Shown here piece after piece: positions 25,910 to 38,112 of a stretch of DNA of 64,000 bases; position 1 is the stretch's first letter; each line of letters opens with the position of its first letter. Both the position numbers and the translations under genes were made by a program. The notes below the pieces were generated by a model. The model was not told where the DNA came from. It saw only the letters and a list, made by a program, of their open reading frames with translations, and did not search any database. This stretch comes from Polymyxa betae A26-41. Taxonomy: Eukaryota; Protista; Endomyxa: Phytomyxea. Location of the stretch: positions 1 through 64,000 of the forward strand of contig RBZT01000500.1 in the NCBI GenBank assembly GCA_003693705.1. Reading direction: 5' to 3'.

Positions 25910-27662
25910 TCACTTTATTTTCTTAAGACGTCCCTCATCACAATCCTCTTCATCGCAGCTACTATCAGATGGCCGAGACAGAGATGGTGTTTCACCCTGC
26001 CTTGGTTTATAATTACTATGTCGATGCCTGAGACTGCTCGCTTTACTAGAATCATACGGATCGCCCTCGACAGTCTCGCACGTATCAAATTGATTTCGCT
26101 TGATAATCGAATCGATCATGCGTTTGTCCTCATCTGTCAATTCCGTATTGTTTTTTCCCAGTTTCTTTCTCCCGAACTGATAAACAAGGGTCCCGATCAT
26201 GATAAACAGAAAGATAGGCGCTCTTGGCAATGACAACGTTTGCGTTATTGTCTCTGGCGTGACGTTTAACAGAAAAGTGCGAACTTGGGCTCCGCCCCGC
26301 TCCGCGATGCTCAGCCGCACATGGTTCTTAATTTTGACAGCAGAAAGCAGCGGAGTCTGACTGGAATTCGAAAAATGCAAAGGGATTGAGGAGACAATTT
26401 TCAGATTCGTTAAGGGATCTCCAGTCACATTGAGTACGAATAGGGATCTCGCAGATGCGGCGAAAACGTAATCCGATACAGCTGACACCGATAAGCCGAA
26501 TCCTCGACCGAGTTCCAAATCAAATCGCAATCCGCACGTATTCCCTTGTTAATAGTGATGAGAAATAGATAATCAATAAATAAGCCATAAAAGAAACGCC
26601 AAACAGATAGACTTTCAACATCGCAGAAACCCCAGATCGCTGTGAAAGCGCTTACTTTGATGACGGTTTCGATGAATGTCGAAAACCAGAAGACGCCCGT
26701 TTTTAGTGCCCGCGTATAGGACAGACACTTTCTTCGGATTGTGTGTGAAAGAAGCGAATTCATCAGTGTCGTCAACAAGACTACAAATCTCTGGAGAATA
26801 TGTTGACGTTGCCGTTCGAACAAATCCGATTTCTGTCGCCGTCGCATAGGTTAAATGTCGAGGTCGCTGCTGTTTGGCGCTCACGACAAAGGAGTCTTTT
26901 TCGGTTCTTTCCTGTATCGGTAAAGTTATAATGTCGTTCGACAGGGTTATAAAACTAATTAAGAATTCTGTTCAAAGGTAAACTATAACAGAATTATATC
27001 TAACTGCCGACCTGATATCGTAATGTGCCATTTCGTGTATATACCAGAAGCTCTGCCGTACCCGTTCCAACAGTAAACTGTTTCAGATAGCGATGGTTCT
27101 GAACATAAATCGAAGTTATAGGGGCCGATGTGCTTGCTAAGGTCATCTCGAATGCTACAGAGCCTCTGAGATCTCGACCAAGGGCATCTTGCCAAACTAT
27201 CACTGTTGCTATGTGAACTGTCTCGCAGCCACCTATAGCCAGAAGGTTTTCATCACCACTTTCATACCCGATTGTCAACAAATCGCATGATATCGGCAGT
27301 TGAGCCTCCACGATTTTTCGATTATTTTCTGAATACAGCGATAGCTTGCCATTTGATGTGGCAACAGCAACCAGAAATACTGGCTGTAATGTCTGGCGAT
27401 CGTTCTTCATTACAGGAACCGGAACCGACAGCGATTTCATCGCGACAATAGTAGTCTCACTAATATTGTAATCGGACACATGTTGCAGCAATGGTGATTC
27501 GTCATCGACCGAGTCGATTTTCAACAGCTGCTCGATCTGGGCTACACGCTGACGCAGTGCGGCGATCTCCTGGGTGCAGCTGTTCTGATCAGCTTGGACG
27601 ATGGCCGCCAGACAGACAGCGAGAAAGACATAAAATCTGCAGAAACGAAAGCAAGATGGCAT
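25910..27662 (-). CDS. Hypothetical type I membrane protein (signal peptide, short coiled coil, beta-propeller-like ectodomain, one TM)
   Basis: YVFLAVCLAAIVQA signal; beta-blade-like segments (VAVATSNGKLSLY, TVGTGTAELLVY, YAGTKNGRLLVF); TM PIFLFIMIGTLVYQF followed by a basic stretch. Confidence 0.6.
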
Positions 27663-27841
27663 GGCTAAAGGCGCTCCATTGAAACCCATATAGAGTTGTT
27701 GAAAGACAGAGGAGGCCAAACTGCAGCCATGGCATTCAAAGTTACAGTGAGTGCATATTCTATATAGACCCAACTCTAACCTGTAACAAACCCTAAACCC
27801 TAGATCCCTTTGAGTTCAATATCTTGACTGAATAGTCGCTC

Positions 27842-29101
27842 ATGGAGCAACCCTCTTCATCAAGCCTGACGCCACGTTACCGGCCTGTTCGAATGACAGT
27901 TGTACAAAGGTAATTATGAAAGTTGACATTCGATTGCAATTCTGTGTTGTTATTGGGGTGGCTCTTTTGTTATGGGCAATACAGATTGAATGGAGTCGAC
28001 GCCAAGGCCAAACTTATTCTTCGCCGATCGCGATCGTCGATACGATCCAGGGCATATTCTGTCCTATCGAAGTTATCGACCATCGCGAGCTCAATATGAG
28101 GTTCATGCGTTGTAATGGAACCGTTTTGGGGTGGTTATATCTGATTCCTTCCAAACCAAGCTGACATTGCTTGCAGAGGAATACACCTTCGAACTGGCGA
28201 ATCGGCATTTCGCGCGTTTGTTATCATGTCGGCGATTAAGCATACCAGTCGGCAAGCTACGAAGGCTTTAGTCGTGTCGGTAATATGCGTGTTGGTTGGG
28301 AGATCTCGAACTCATTGTTTGAAAAGAGGCCTGGGTGTTGGGTCTTTGAATAGAGACCTACAGCAACACGGTCTCCTGGTGGATACGGTCGAGATCGAGC
28401 CAGCTGTTGTTGAAGCGGCTACAAAACATTTTCAATGGCAGCCGAATGGCTTTGTGGCAATTGACGATGCATACAATTACTTTTTTCAAACGCAAAAATC
28501 ATCCGGCATCTACGACTACATAATCCTGGACGTTTTCACGGCTCGTAAACATCATCACGGATGAGATTCTTATGTCAAATGAATTTTGGTAGGTGGAAGC
28601 AAAATCTCCAGGCTCTATAGTGTTGAATCAATGAAATTGTTAAGATCGCAGCTAAGAATGGGCGGTACAATCGCTGTTAATCTGGTAACATTTATCAGGA
28701 GAAACGCAGATGGGAAACATCATCCAATCAGCGCCATGATGTATAACACTCTGAAGCAAGTATTCAAGCATGTTGACTGTTATATCGACAATAATCCTCA
28801 GCAAACCCCTGAAAATCAGGCCGTCAATTTTGTACGGTAGCGTTATTCTAATCTGCATATTGCCTGATTTGATTACTAGATTTGCTTTGCGTCAGATTCT
28901 GAAATCGTGTTTGAGCTCAGAGAGCAGAAAACTGAGGATCGAGATACTACTGACGACGTCCTTCAAAGGTTCCAGTCTTGGAAAATGGAGTTCTTTGAAA
29001 GTTCGGGAGCAATATTCACGAGACATACATACGATTTAATTGATGCCGAAGACGAAGACATCCATGAGAGCATCGAGCAGCAAATCGATTTAGTTTTGTG
29101 A
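27842..29101 (+). CDS. Membrane-anchored spermidine-synthase-like class I SAM methyltransferase
   Basis: N-terminal TM; ALVV-GLGVGSL, VDTVEIEPAVVEAATKHF, DDAYNY, YDYIILDVFT, GGTIAVN. Confidence 0.8.
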
Positions 29102-29213
29102 TTGAGGCGTTGTTCGCAATAGCATTAAAGCAATATTGGGTTTGCGTACGCGTCATTATGGCCCTGATTGAATTCTAGCCACATTCACCATTGAACCAGG
29201 TATTCGGTCAATA

Positions 29214-29978
29214 ATGCCCCATACGGGTTACCAGATCTATAGCGCGATTCTTGTCGCAATGTCTCTTGTTTTCATCAGCGGTCTCCTTTTGATCATTATA
29301 ACAGATGCCTACCAGCCTGGGCTCGATGCCTCGTCTCTCTACCGTGATCGCTACAGAAAAGGAGACGATACCGTGGAACGATATGTCGCTTCATCATTCA
29401 ACGACTCGGTGAATACTCGAGAATTTAACGGGACGCGAGAATACGGCGGCGCGGTTGCCACAGCCGACCTAGCGAACGACGTTGCCGTCGGACAACTAGA
29501 TGCCTCTCGATCGGCTGACGAGGAACGCGACTTCTACGCGAATACGAGAAGATACGAGGCCTATCTCGAAGCGAATCGATTTCATCACAATCTTGACACG
29601 GGCGATGTTCTAGAGCGCAACGACAACTTCTTGGGCCCTGATCGCGCAAAACAGCGCCGTGTTCTCGTCGAACGTCGCCATAACGACGTACTTGAGCACG
29701 ATGACGCTCTCCGACAACAAAACAAGACAACGTCGGAATTTGGGTCGAGTAGAGAAAGATTTAGGGCGGCGCGGGTCGATGAAACAAGACAATCACGAGC
29801 GGCGATCGCTCCCGATGCTGCTTCTGGAATCGATCGTGCCACAAGAGACGCAGCTGTCGATGAGGCAATGATTAATACGAGAACGAGGTTCAATTACTCT
29901 GAATTGGAACGAGGGACCGGTCAGGCGTGGGCCGACCGACTGCACTATAATGTCGATGAATCTGATGTTATCCTGTAA
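29214..29978 (+). CDS. Intronless secreted or N-anchored Arg/Asp/Glu-rich protein of unknown function
   Basis: 254-aa ORF, N-terminal hydrophobic segment, Cys-free charged mature region. Confidence 0.75.
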   Translation: MPHTGYQIYSAILVAMSLVFISGLLLIIITDAYQPGLDASSLYRDRYRKGDDTVERYVASSFNDSVNTREFNGTREYGGAVATADLANDVAVGQLDASRSADEERDFYANTRRYEAYLEANRFHHNLDTGDVLERNDNFLGPDRAKQRRVLVERRHNDVLEHDDALRQQNKTTSEFGSSRERFRAARVDETRQSRAAIAPDAASGIDRATRDAAVDEAMINTRTRFNYSELERGTGQAWADRLHYNVDESDVIL

Positions 29979-30125
29979 TCTTATAAATTTAATTATTTTG
30001 TCCGTTAATGCGGCTTCGTAGTTCGAAATCTTTCAAGAAATCTTCCTAGAAACAGGATGCTTAGCTGACCAGTTAATAAGATGGAACTTCTCGGACAAGA
30101 ACATCATTCTAGAACATCTTTGCAA

Positions 30126-31107
30126 ATGAGAACATTCAGTCTAGGTTTAATTGTCGCCGTGGCCGTACTATCAAGCTGGCGAACATCTGCTCAAACGGGA
30201 AACGGAGGATGTACAATGCATCCTTATCTATTGCAAGGTCAGTTACACATTACTCAAAACGTGCCGCTAAGAAGCCGTTTTTGCAGCAAATGTCAATGGA
30301 GCATGTGGAGATTATTATGCACAAGTTCCTTCCACAGTAAATGGCGGTTTCATCACCGCCTGGCGAGATCTTCCACCCGGTAATATAGCCGGCTGCGGCG
30401 TCTGCATCAAGGTGACATCGACCGCGACATGGAAGTCGATATTCGTGCTGGTCGTAGATCGAGGCGGCGCTCTTGGCCTGGATCTCAGCCTGACCGCAAT
30501 AGAATCTATAGATCCTGGATGGTTAACGGCAGGTCATACCCCATGCCAATGGGAAGTCGTCGATTCCAGCAACTGCCAAGGAGCTTTATACAATCCACCA
30601 ATTTTGCTGCCAAATGCACCAGCAATAGTGAGCCTGCCCGAGCCACCAGCGACCCAAGAACCAACGCCTGTTCCAACCCAAGCTCCGACGCCTGAACCAA
30701 CCCAAGCTCCAACGCCAGAACCGTCCCAAGCCCCAACACCAGAACCAACCAAACCGATTCAAACACCGAAGTCAGAATCGACCCCAGCACCGACCCAAGA
30801 ACCTTTATTGCCAGCTCAGGTACAGCATACGGAATCCGTTGCTCGTTATTCTGGGCCAGGCCGGCAAGGACGATCTCCAACCACATCTGCTTCGTCTGTA
30901 CGAAGCGGGAATGTGACTAGTGGGAATGTGATTAATGGAACATTGCAGAAAGAGTCGGCTTCTAGAGGTTACGCTAATGGTGTCATGGGGTCACCCCAAA
31001 AAGGATTAACAAACGGTGGCCATATGTTGGGGTACTATCGCAGATGTCGACGAAATCAATATAGAAACCATCGATGTCACCTATGGCATCCGTTCCATCA
31101 GAATTAA
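30126..31107 (+). CDS. Secreted expansin-like DPBB (RlpA/loosenin-type) protein with Pro/Thr stalk
   Basis: Signal peptide; intron ~30238-30287; NGACG, GCGVCIKV, VLVVDRG, LDLS motifs; QAPTPEPT repeats. Confidence 0.82.
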
Positions 31108-31524
31108 GCTGCAAACAGCATTATCAACCACTGAATACGAACAACAGCTCTTGCGTCAAGCACCCAATAAACTATCATTTGCTTATTAGCAAAATTGTGA
31201 TTAAGCTGTTCACTACCCGAAAGCTATCGTAGGGTTGCCTCCGATTTTCTCCTACATCGGCTGGCTGAGATTCAGACTTCTCAATATGATGCAACTCGCT
31301 GCCACGATATTGATACCAGAGCAGTAGCATCGCGAGCAACAATCGGTGTATGAAACAACTAGCAATGAGTACACGCGTTTAGCGGTCTATGCCTCAGGAA
31401 GATATAAGAACAACAATGTCATTAAGAGCAAGAGAGTAGTGGAATCATCACAGATTTTGATAGGAAAAATTCCAGAATTCAAAGCAAGGTTTTGTTCCCA
31501 TTTTTAAGATACAATGCAAGCAAT

Positions 31525-31541
31525 TATATATATATATATAT
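31525..31541. repeat. (TA)n microsatellite between the convergent DPBB genes
   Basis: tatatatatatatatat run. Confidence 0.8.
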
Positions 31542-31564
31542 GTTCTATATAATCCTAGACCTCA

Positions 31565-32831
31565 TTACTGGTGTCGCTGGTATCCATGATTGTCTCCTCG
31601 CATGATTCCAAATCGCTGCATGAAGCCTCTGATCATCTTGCCATAGTGTCCCATAGTATTGCCACCCATCATTCTACCTCGGTGTCCTTGTGCTCCTGGC
31701 ATCCTGTCTCCATATTGTTGGGGTGACCTCATCCCCCCATCTTGAGGCTGCGCTCCTTGGCCTTGACTCCCTCCCATTGCCATTGAATTTACTCCCTGCG
31801 ATCCAGACATTCCTGTCTGTGGCGTTCCTAATCCTCCCTGAGGTCCAGCCACTCCTCCTTGAGGTCCAGCCACTCCTCCTTGAGGTCCAGCCACTCCTCC
31901 TTGAGGTCCAGTCATTCCTCCCTGAGGTGCTGCTAGTCCACCTTGAGGTCCAACCATCCCTCCTGGAGGCCCTTGCACAGCTCCCGGTTGTCCTGCCATT
32001 TTTCCTTGGGGCCCTGACACAGCTCCATTTGGTCCCGCCATTCCTCCCTGAGGTCCTGGTACTGGTCCTTGGGGCGCTGACATTCCTCCATTCTGTCTTA
32101 ATGCACCTCCTTGAGGTCCAGATACTCCTCCTGAAGCTCCAACTGATTGTCCTGCTTTTAATGTAGGCTCTGAAGAAGCAGGTTTATTCTGCTGCGGTTG
32201 GGCTTGCGTTTGAGCTTGATTTGGGGACTGTGGCTGGGATGGCGTTTGAGCTTGTTGTGGGGAAGCACTTTGTCCTGGCGTGGAGCCGGTAGCAGATGGA
32301 TTCTTTGCGCCAGGTTGGCTTCCTGGTGATGCTGGGGCCGGACCGCCGACTGGAGGATTGTTCGAAGTTCCTTGGCAATTGCTGCTGGCGGTGACTTCCC
32401 AACGGCATGGGGTATTGCCTGCTGCTGCCCATCCTGGGTCGATTGCTTCAATCGCATTCTGGCTGAGATCCAGGCCCATGGCACCGCCTCGGTCAACGAC
32501 CAGTACGTGTGTCGACTTCGACGTCTTGGTTGAAGTCACCTTGATGCAAACGCCACAGCCTTCCTTGTTGCCGGTTGGAAGATCTCGCCAGGCGGTAATG
32601 AAACCTCCATTGACGGAGGAGGGCACTTTAGCATAATATTCACCGCATGCACCGTTGACTTTATCTGAACAAATAGACGTTCAGTGGCTATAAGGTAAAG
32701 TGGAAGTGAAGGTAACCTTGCGATAGATACATATGCATAGTACATCCACCGGTTCCCGATTGCGCTGATACTGACCAGCTGCATAATACAGCAAAACTTG
32801 CCACGAAAGCAACCTTACAAATCGTCATCAT
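31565..32831 (-). CDS. Secreted expansin-like DPBB protein with GPQGG-repeat tail (paralog of 30126..31107)
   Basis: MMTICKVAFVASFAVLCSWSVSA signal; same intron position; NGACG, GCGVCIKV, VLVVDRG, LDLS; long (G-P-Q-G-G-x-x)n tail. Confidence 0.85.
31835..32130 (-). repeat. 21-bp coding repeat (GPQGGVA heptads)
   Basis: tgaggtccagccactcctcct tandem copies, degenerating outward. Confidence 0.85.
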
Positions 32832-33309
32832 ATCGAATTGCAGAATGACGATTCTTAAGAGTTTGTTTGGGATCCAATACTAGAGCTGCACATTGGATAC
32901 TCGGTTTCCCTTAATTGCTGAAGCTGCATACAGCTGTCGAATGCCCTGAATGTCCCCGCGATGTTACCGCTGCTCGTCATCGTAGAATGCTCCGAGGTAT
33001 GCTCAACGATGTTTCCACCGTCACGTTCAACGGCGTTAGAGGCCAAGCGTTTCGATCAAAAGTATCTCACATCGATAGTTAGATGTTTCGATTTGAAAGT
33101 TCTGCATTTGGATTTAGTAAAAAATGTCGATGGAAATGTTTCACGTTGTTTTCGCAATCTTTAGTCCTCACGGCTCCTGGTCGGCACCACCTGTAACGTA
33201 CTTTAAATAGGGAGGCAAAGTACGCCTCACATCTGCTGAAGCAATCTCGGCGGACGCTCAGACATGAATATGTTGACGAATTCGTTCTAACAGAGTATGA
33301 CGCAAGCAA

Positions 33310-34190
33310 TCTCTATTTTGGTTGTAAGCTTCGAGTTTATCAATACAGTCGCTGACAAGCTACTATTTCGTTTACGTCTCGGACGCACTCCAGAAAGCAA
33401 ACTCGCCCACGATTCGGACTTTCATCAGACCCCGGATTGACATGAATGGTGCGATCCAATACAGACGTTTGAAACCAACCAAGTAATATTGGACTTGGTT
33501 CATTAGTTCATTGCATAAATGTAGAATTGGACCAATTGAGGCGGCTTTCCTAGGCATTCGAAAGCGCTCTTTTGCTAATGAAGGGCGCTTGCATAATACT
33601 TTCGCAAGAACAAAGGAGCATTTTAAATTCCAATGGGTGAGATGATGAACCGCTCCGAAGCTGGAAGTAGGAAGCATTGGTAATCGGTAGTTAATAAGGA
33701 CATGACTGCATAATATCGACCATGAGCACAAGGCCAGAGCGCCACCTGTTGGCAGAAAATCAGCGAAATAGAAAATCGAATCCAATGCAATCTGATTGAG
33801 ATATGCTGTCATGACCGGAATCAGGAATTTGATCTGTATGGGAGATAGATCTGTGATCCACCCTTATATGCACCAGTGGATAGAAGCACTCACCGCCAGT
33901 TTCTGTTAGATCCTCGAAAAAAGATTCACGACGTAGCCATCTGACCCTCTTTCAATTCGTCTACAATTTGTTTATGCTCAGGCGCTCATTGCCAATACAA
34001 TTAGAGCTACGAACTGAAATAGTATTGATTGAAGTAGATATGATGAATGCTGTCGTAGAAGTTGAAGAAGTTGAATGGATTGCTCCAGATCACCAACATC
34101 ATCTCCAATATATTGCTAAATTTCAGTTAACAATGCCAACATTCAACCTAACATGCAGCAATAGAATGCAGACAGCCATACTACCTATGA
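33310..34190 (-). CDS. Probable multi-exon hypothetical gene
   Basis: Open segments with splice-like boundaries (IGDDVGDLEQSIQLLQLLRQH; 33372-33812 ORF); no domain recognised. Confidence 0.3.
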
Positions 34191-34480
34191 TGCAGTGAAA
34201 TTTCCAGCAGCCAAGCATTTCGCCTTGCTCAAGGATGCGTTCGTGTCACTAATCCGTATTAACTAGTTGCACTGAACTGCAGAAATCCGAGTTCGAATCA
34301 TATTTAAAACGAGTGTTCATTGAATAAAAAGATATCGATCGAGGTAGATCACAAAGAGTCTTGGAAGAAATCGAATTTGGCGCGATCGCATTGTCTGAAT
34401 GGACGAGAATGAATTCGGGATCGAGGCATCAATTCATCTCCTTCGTAGCGTATCACTTTCCTTTTGTCTAGTTATCAACC

Positions 34481-34720
34481 ATGAGCAGTGACGATCTGGA
34501 GGACGCTCGCGAATTTGATGCTGGGGCCCTGACTCCATCCCATTATGGGACCATGTATCGAGGGAAAGCTGAGACCCCCGAACAGCTTGATGAGGTAAAG
34601 AAACATTCCAAATGCGGCTCTGCAGTTTCATATCGTCGTCCAGGGTCATCCTACAAAAGGTCGTCGGCCGCTTCGAACCGGGCAGACCAGACCCGATAAA
34701 TCTCGACCACATCCGTTGAA
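34481..34720 (+). CDS. Small hypothetical protein (2+ exons)
   Basis: ATG 34481, MSSDDLEDAREFDAGALTPSHYGTMYRGKAETPEQLDE then GT...AG intron; 3' end uncertain. Confidence 0.35.
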
Positions 34721-34982
34721 CAAGAAGCGGTCTCCGAGTGGCGAGCAGAAGACCTCGGTAATGAACTTCGAAACGATACTGGATCGTTAATGTCTGAATT
34801 TGTCGTTAGAGGCTAGTAGAAAACCTGATGGAGCCGGTCAATCCGTAATTGTAATGGTTCAATTTCATCATACTTTTAAATAAATAGTCAATCGAGCTAT
34901 CTAATGCTTGCTGGGCCGCCAACTGTTGTAGCAGTTTGTCACTTCTGTTGCTTGACAAGTTAGCGAGCTTGAAGACTGCCGG

Positions 34983-37900
34983 ATGGAGCAGAAGCGTGCT
35001 TCTCCTATCGATAGCCTTTCATAGTGCAGGCCTTAAAAAGATATGAGAAGGTCCCTGCCCTTTCGCTGATGGTCTCATGTGATTAGATGGGGTGATGGGG
35101 TCTTTCCCATTTACTGTCTGTTACGCAAAGACAATAATCCAATTGAAGGCTGCCTATGCCATTGTTCAAATCAGTCGCATTGTTGATGGCGGTCTGATTG
35201 CGGCTAGCGGTGTCTCATCTGCACCGGGGCTTGATGCAGATGGCGGCGCCGGCGATGGACATGGACGTCGAAGCGCTTCCAGCCAAGCCCAAGACTGAGC
35301 CTGGTTTCTCGTCCGGTCAGACGCCCTCGTTGCAAAAACTCACCCCTGATCGTATTCGCTGCATTTCGAGTAGTCTGCTGGTCTCCGAATGTGATCCGTT
35401 AGTTGATAGTTTATCGTGTTTTGCACTATTGAAGTTTCAATAGGGATTTCAAGTTACTTTTTGTATCTAAACTGGAGCAGCTTTCTCGACCGAGCCATGA
35501 TATTCAGCTTCGTCAAGCTGCTATAAATGCATTAGGAATGTTTGCGAGTCAAAATATCAAGGCCAAAATAGGTGCTTATCTCCGTGATTCACATTCGACC
35601 ATACGAACAGCTGCTGCTCGTGCTCTTCTTCGTTTATTCCATCGAGTAAGTTGTTTCTTCTTGGTGAACTTGTGTAACTGAAAAGGAGGTTGTAGAACAT
35701 TGTAATGGACGTTTCCTTATTGGAACCCATCAAGGACTGCGTTGATGACGATTACGAGCCGATTCGATTCGAAACTGCTGATCTCATTTGGGCATTGGCG
35801 TGTTCGGAACCTGATACGGCTGTATCTTTCGAATCGGTTGCTCATTCGCTCGCAGACGTCTTGTTTCTTCTGCTTTGTCAACTGAGCTTTGATAACTCTG
35901 TCAGAGTTCGAACAAAGGCGATACGTTTACTTGGTACGTTCAATTTCTTTTCTACAGTTATAGCTTTCTGTTTTTGGATGATGAGAGACAGCCTCAAAAT
36001 GATGCTGTAGGGGCATTCCCGGAAACTATTGATAAGCGCCTGATCCTACAGACTTTTTCCAAAGTTCCTCTATCAGAGTTAATCTCTGGGGCACGACTAT
36101 CGGCCCGATTTCAGTTTGATTCCACTGACGTCGACAGTTTGATGACGCAGAAAGAATTCGTCGAAATTTGTCAAAGGCAATCAATCTTGATCCCGGATCA
36201 CGTTGCTGGTGTCTTTGTGCATGGGTCTGTAGGTTCTGCAAGGGCTTATTCTGGAGACCCCTGAATGCCAAGGTCAGGTTAGAAGATGAATTTGCATCTG
36301 TTCGCCAGGCTTCGCTCGGTGCAATTTATGCGATTAGCCTCCGCATTGAAATGGTGGCTTTAACGGCGTTCGACTTTGTAGTTGACATGTTTAATGACGA
36401 ACTTCTTCAAGTTCGTATCGCTTCGATTCAAGTTTGTATCATACCCTTGCTATACGACTTGGCATTGACTCCTGTAATTACAGGCTGTATTCGGTTTAAT
36501 TCAACGCTATCCTGCGATTTCATTCAGTCAGGTTCAGTTAATGTCCCTTTTGTAAAATCCATTTTTGACATTGCTTCAGTTCAAAACTGATAATGGGTCC
36601 TAGGTGTAATTTGTCAGATTACCAGAGCTCTACGCGCCACGAGTCCCTCCGTCTTCTCAAAATTGTCACATTACGAAATTCCTCTTTGCTTCAATCTGCA
36701 ATCTTGGCTCTATTGCGCTGCTTATCGCTATTTCCCGAAGACCAAGACCTGATATTCGATGCCGTGCGAACTGTAATGTGTTTGCAACGCCATCGAATGG
36801 CAATCTTTGATAATTTAACTTTAGATTGGTACATCACATTCAGAATTAGCTCGGGCACTGATCGGAAAGTGGCATGAACAAGACAGCGCGGTTTTCGATC
36901 AGCACAGTGTCATAACTTCTGGGCCCGTTTACCTCGCTTTTCTGCTTTTTGTCCATTCGGCTGGATCAACAGGGCCGATTGGTAATTAGAAACCGCGTTG
37001 TTAAATGTCGCGTTGATATCAGTTCAGATGGATTGCCGTCGGCGTTCGAGAGTTTACTAAATCATTGCCGAGATCGCTTTCCTGCTTTGAAGTCAACGTC
37101 ATCGGATAGTATTCACTCTCAGACATGGGTCTGCCCCTACGATATCCTCAAGGTGGTTAATGAAACCTTCGAGGCCTGGATTGGGCACAAATTCAGCGTG
37201 GCTAAAACCAATGCTGATCGTCTCCGCTCAATGCTATCGCTTCAAAGTTCAGTAGCCCCAACACAGGCGTAATCATAGTCACGATTCGGGTTTCTTGAAA
37301 AAGTGACGATGTGATTTAGTGGTTTGCATTTCTGTCAATTGTATGCGGAATGGATATGGATCTGTTGCACTGTATTGTCTGGCGAATACATCAGCTTACC
37401 AATGTATGAAGAGAGGGCGAATCAGATCGCCTTTTTACTTTCCGAAACGTTTTTTGGTCTTTCGCACGAAGAGCAATCTCATATTGCTTTATTACAGAAA
37501 TTTACATCGTAAGAATTGCTTTCATCACAGAGCTTTTCAGTTTGATGAAACTATACAGAGCTTCGCCAAGGTGGTGGCCAACATCGCTTTCATTGAAAAG
37601 GCTTGAGATCTCAGTGCGATCGCCGCGATCGGATTCGAAAAATCCAGTGATCGTTCGGCCCCAAGCCGCCTCCATGATCCTGGTGGAAGCTGGTTTCAAA
37701 AACGCCTATCAGCATCAAAGGCTAGCGATTCGGGTACAGATCAGTAGCCAGCTGCAATTGCACGACATCCCTGTAAAGGATCTTTCATGCGAAAGCAGCT
37801 CGGGGTCTTTCATTTTGAAGACCAAAATTCGTATTACATGCAGCGACCTGAAAGGTACGAGCGTGTATTCCCTTATGCCTAATTCCTCCCCATCGGTGTT

Positions 37901-38002
37901 TCAGATGCAGCGTCGACCGCGTTGATCGGGTTCGTCTGGCGAGATCGAATAACTCAATGGCTTGTTGACCCAGTAAAACTCCACCTGAAAATCGTTCCAT
38001 GA
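34983..38002 (+). CDS. INTS4: Integrator complex subunit 4 (HEAT repeats)
   Basis: GVFVHG-LEDEFASVRQAS...FDFVVDMFNDELLQVRIASIQ matches the INTS4 signature; DDDYEPIR; ends DPVKLHLKIVP*. Confidence 0.85.
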
Positions 38003-38112
38003 CGAGGTTTGAAAGGTCCATTGAAATCTCGAAAAATAAAAGAAAGAAATATCCCCGGGCTTTTGTTACTGTAAATTGTAGTGCAGCTGGTGTTACATTC
38101 TCCATTTGGGGA

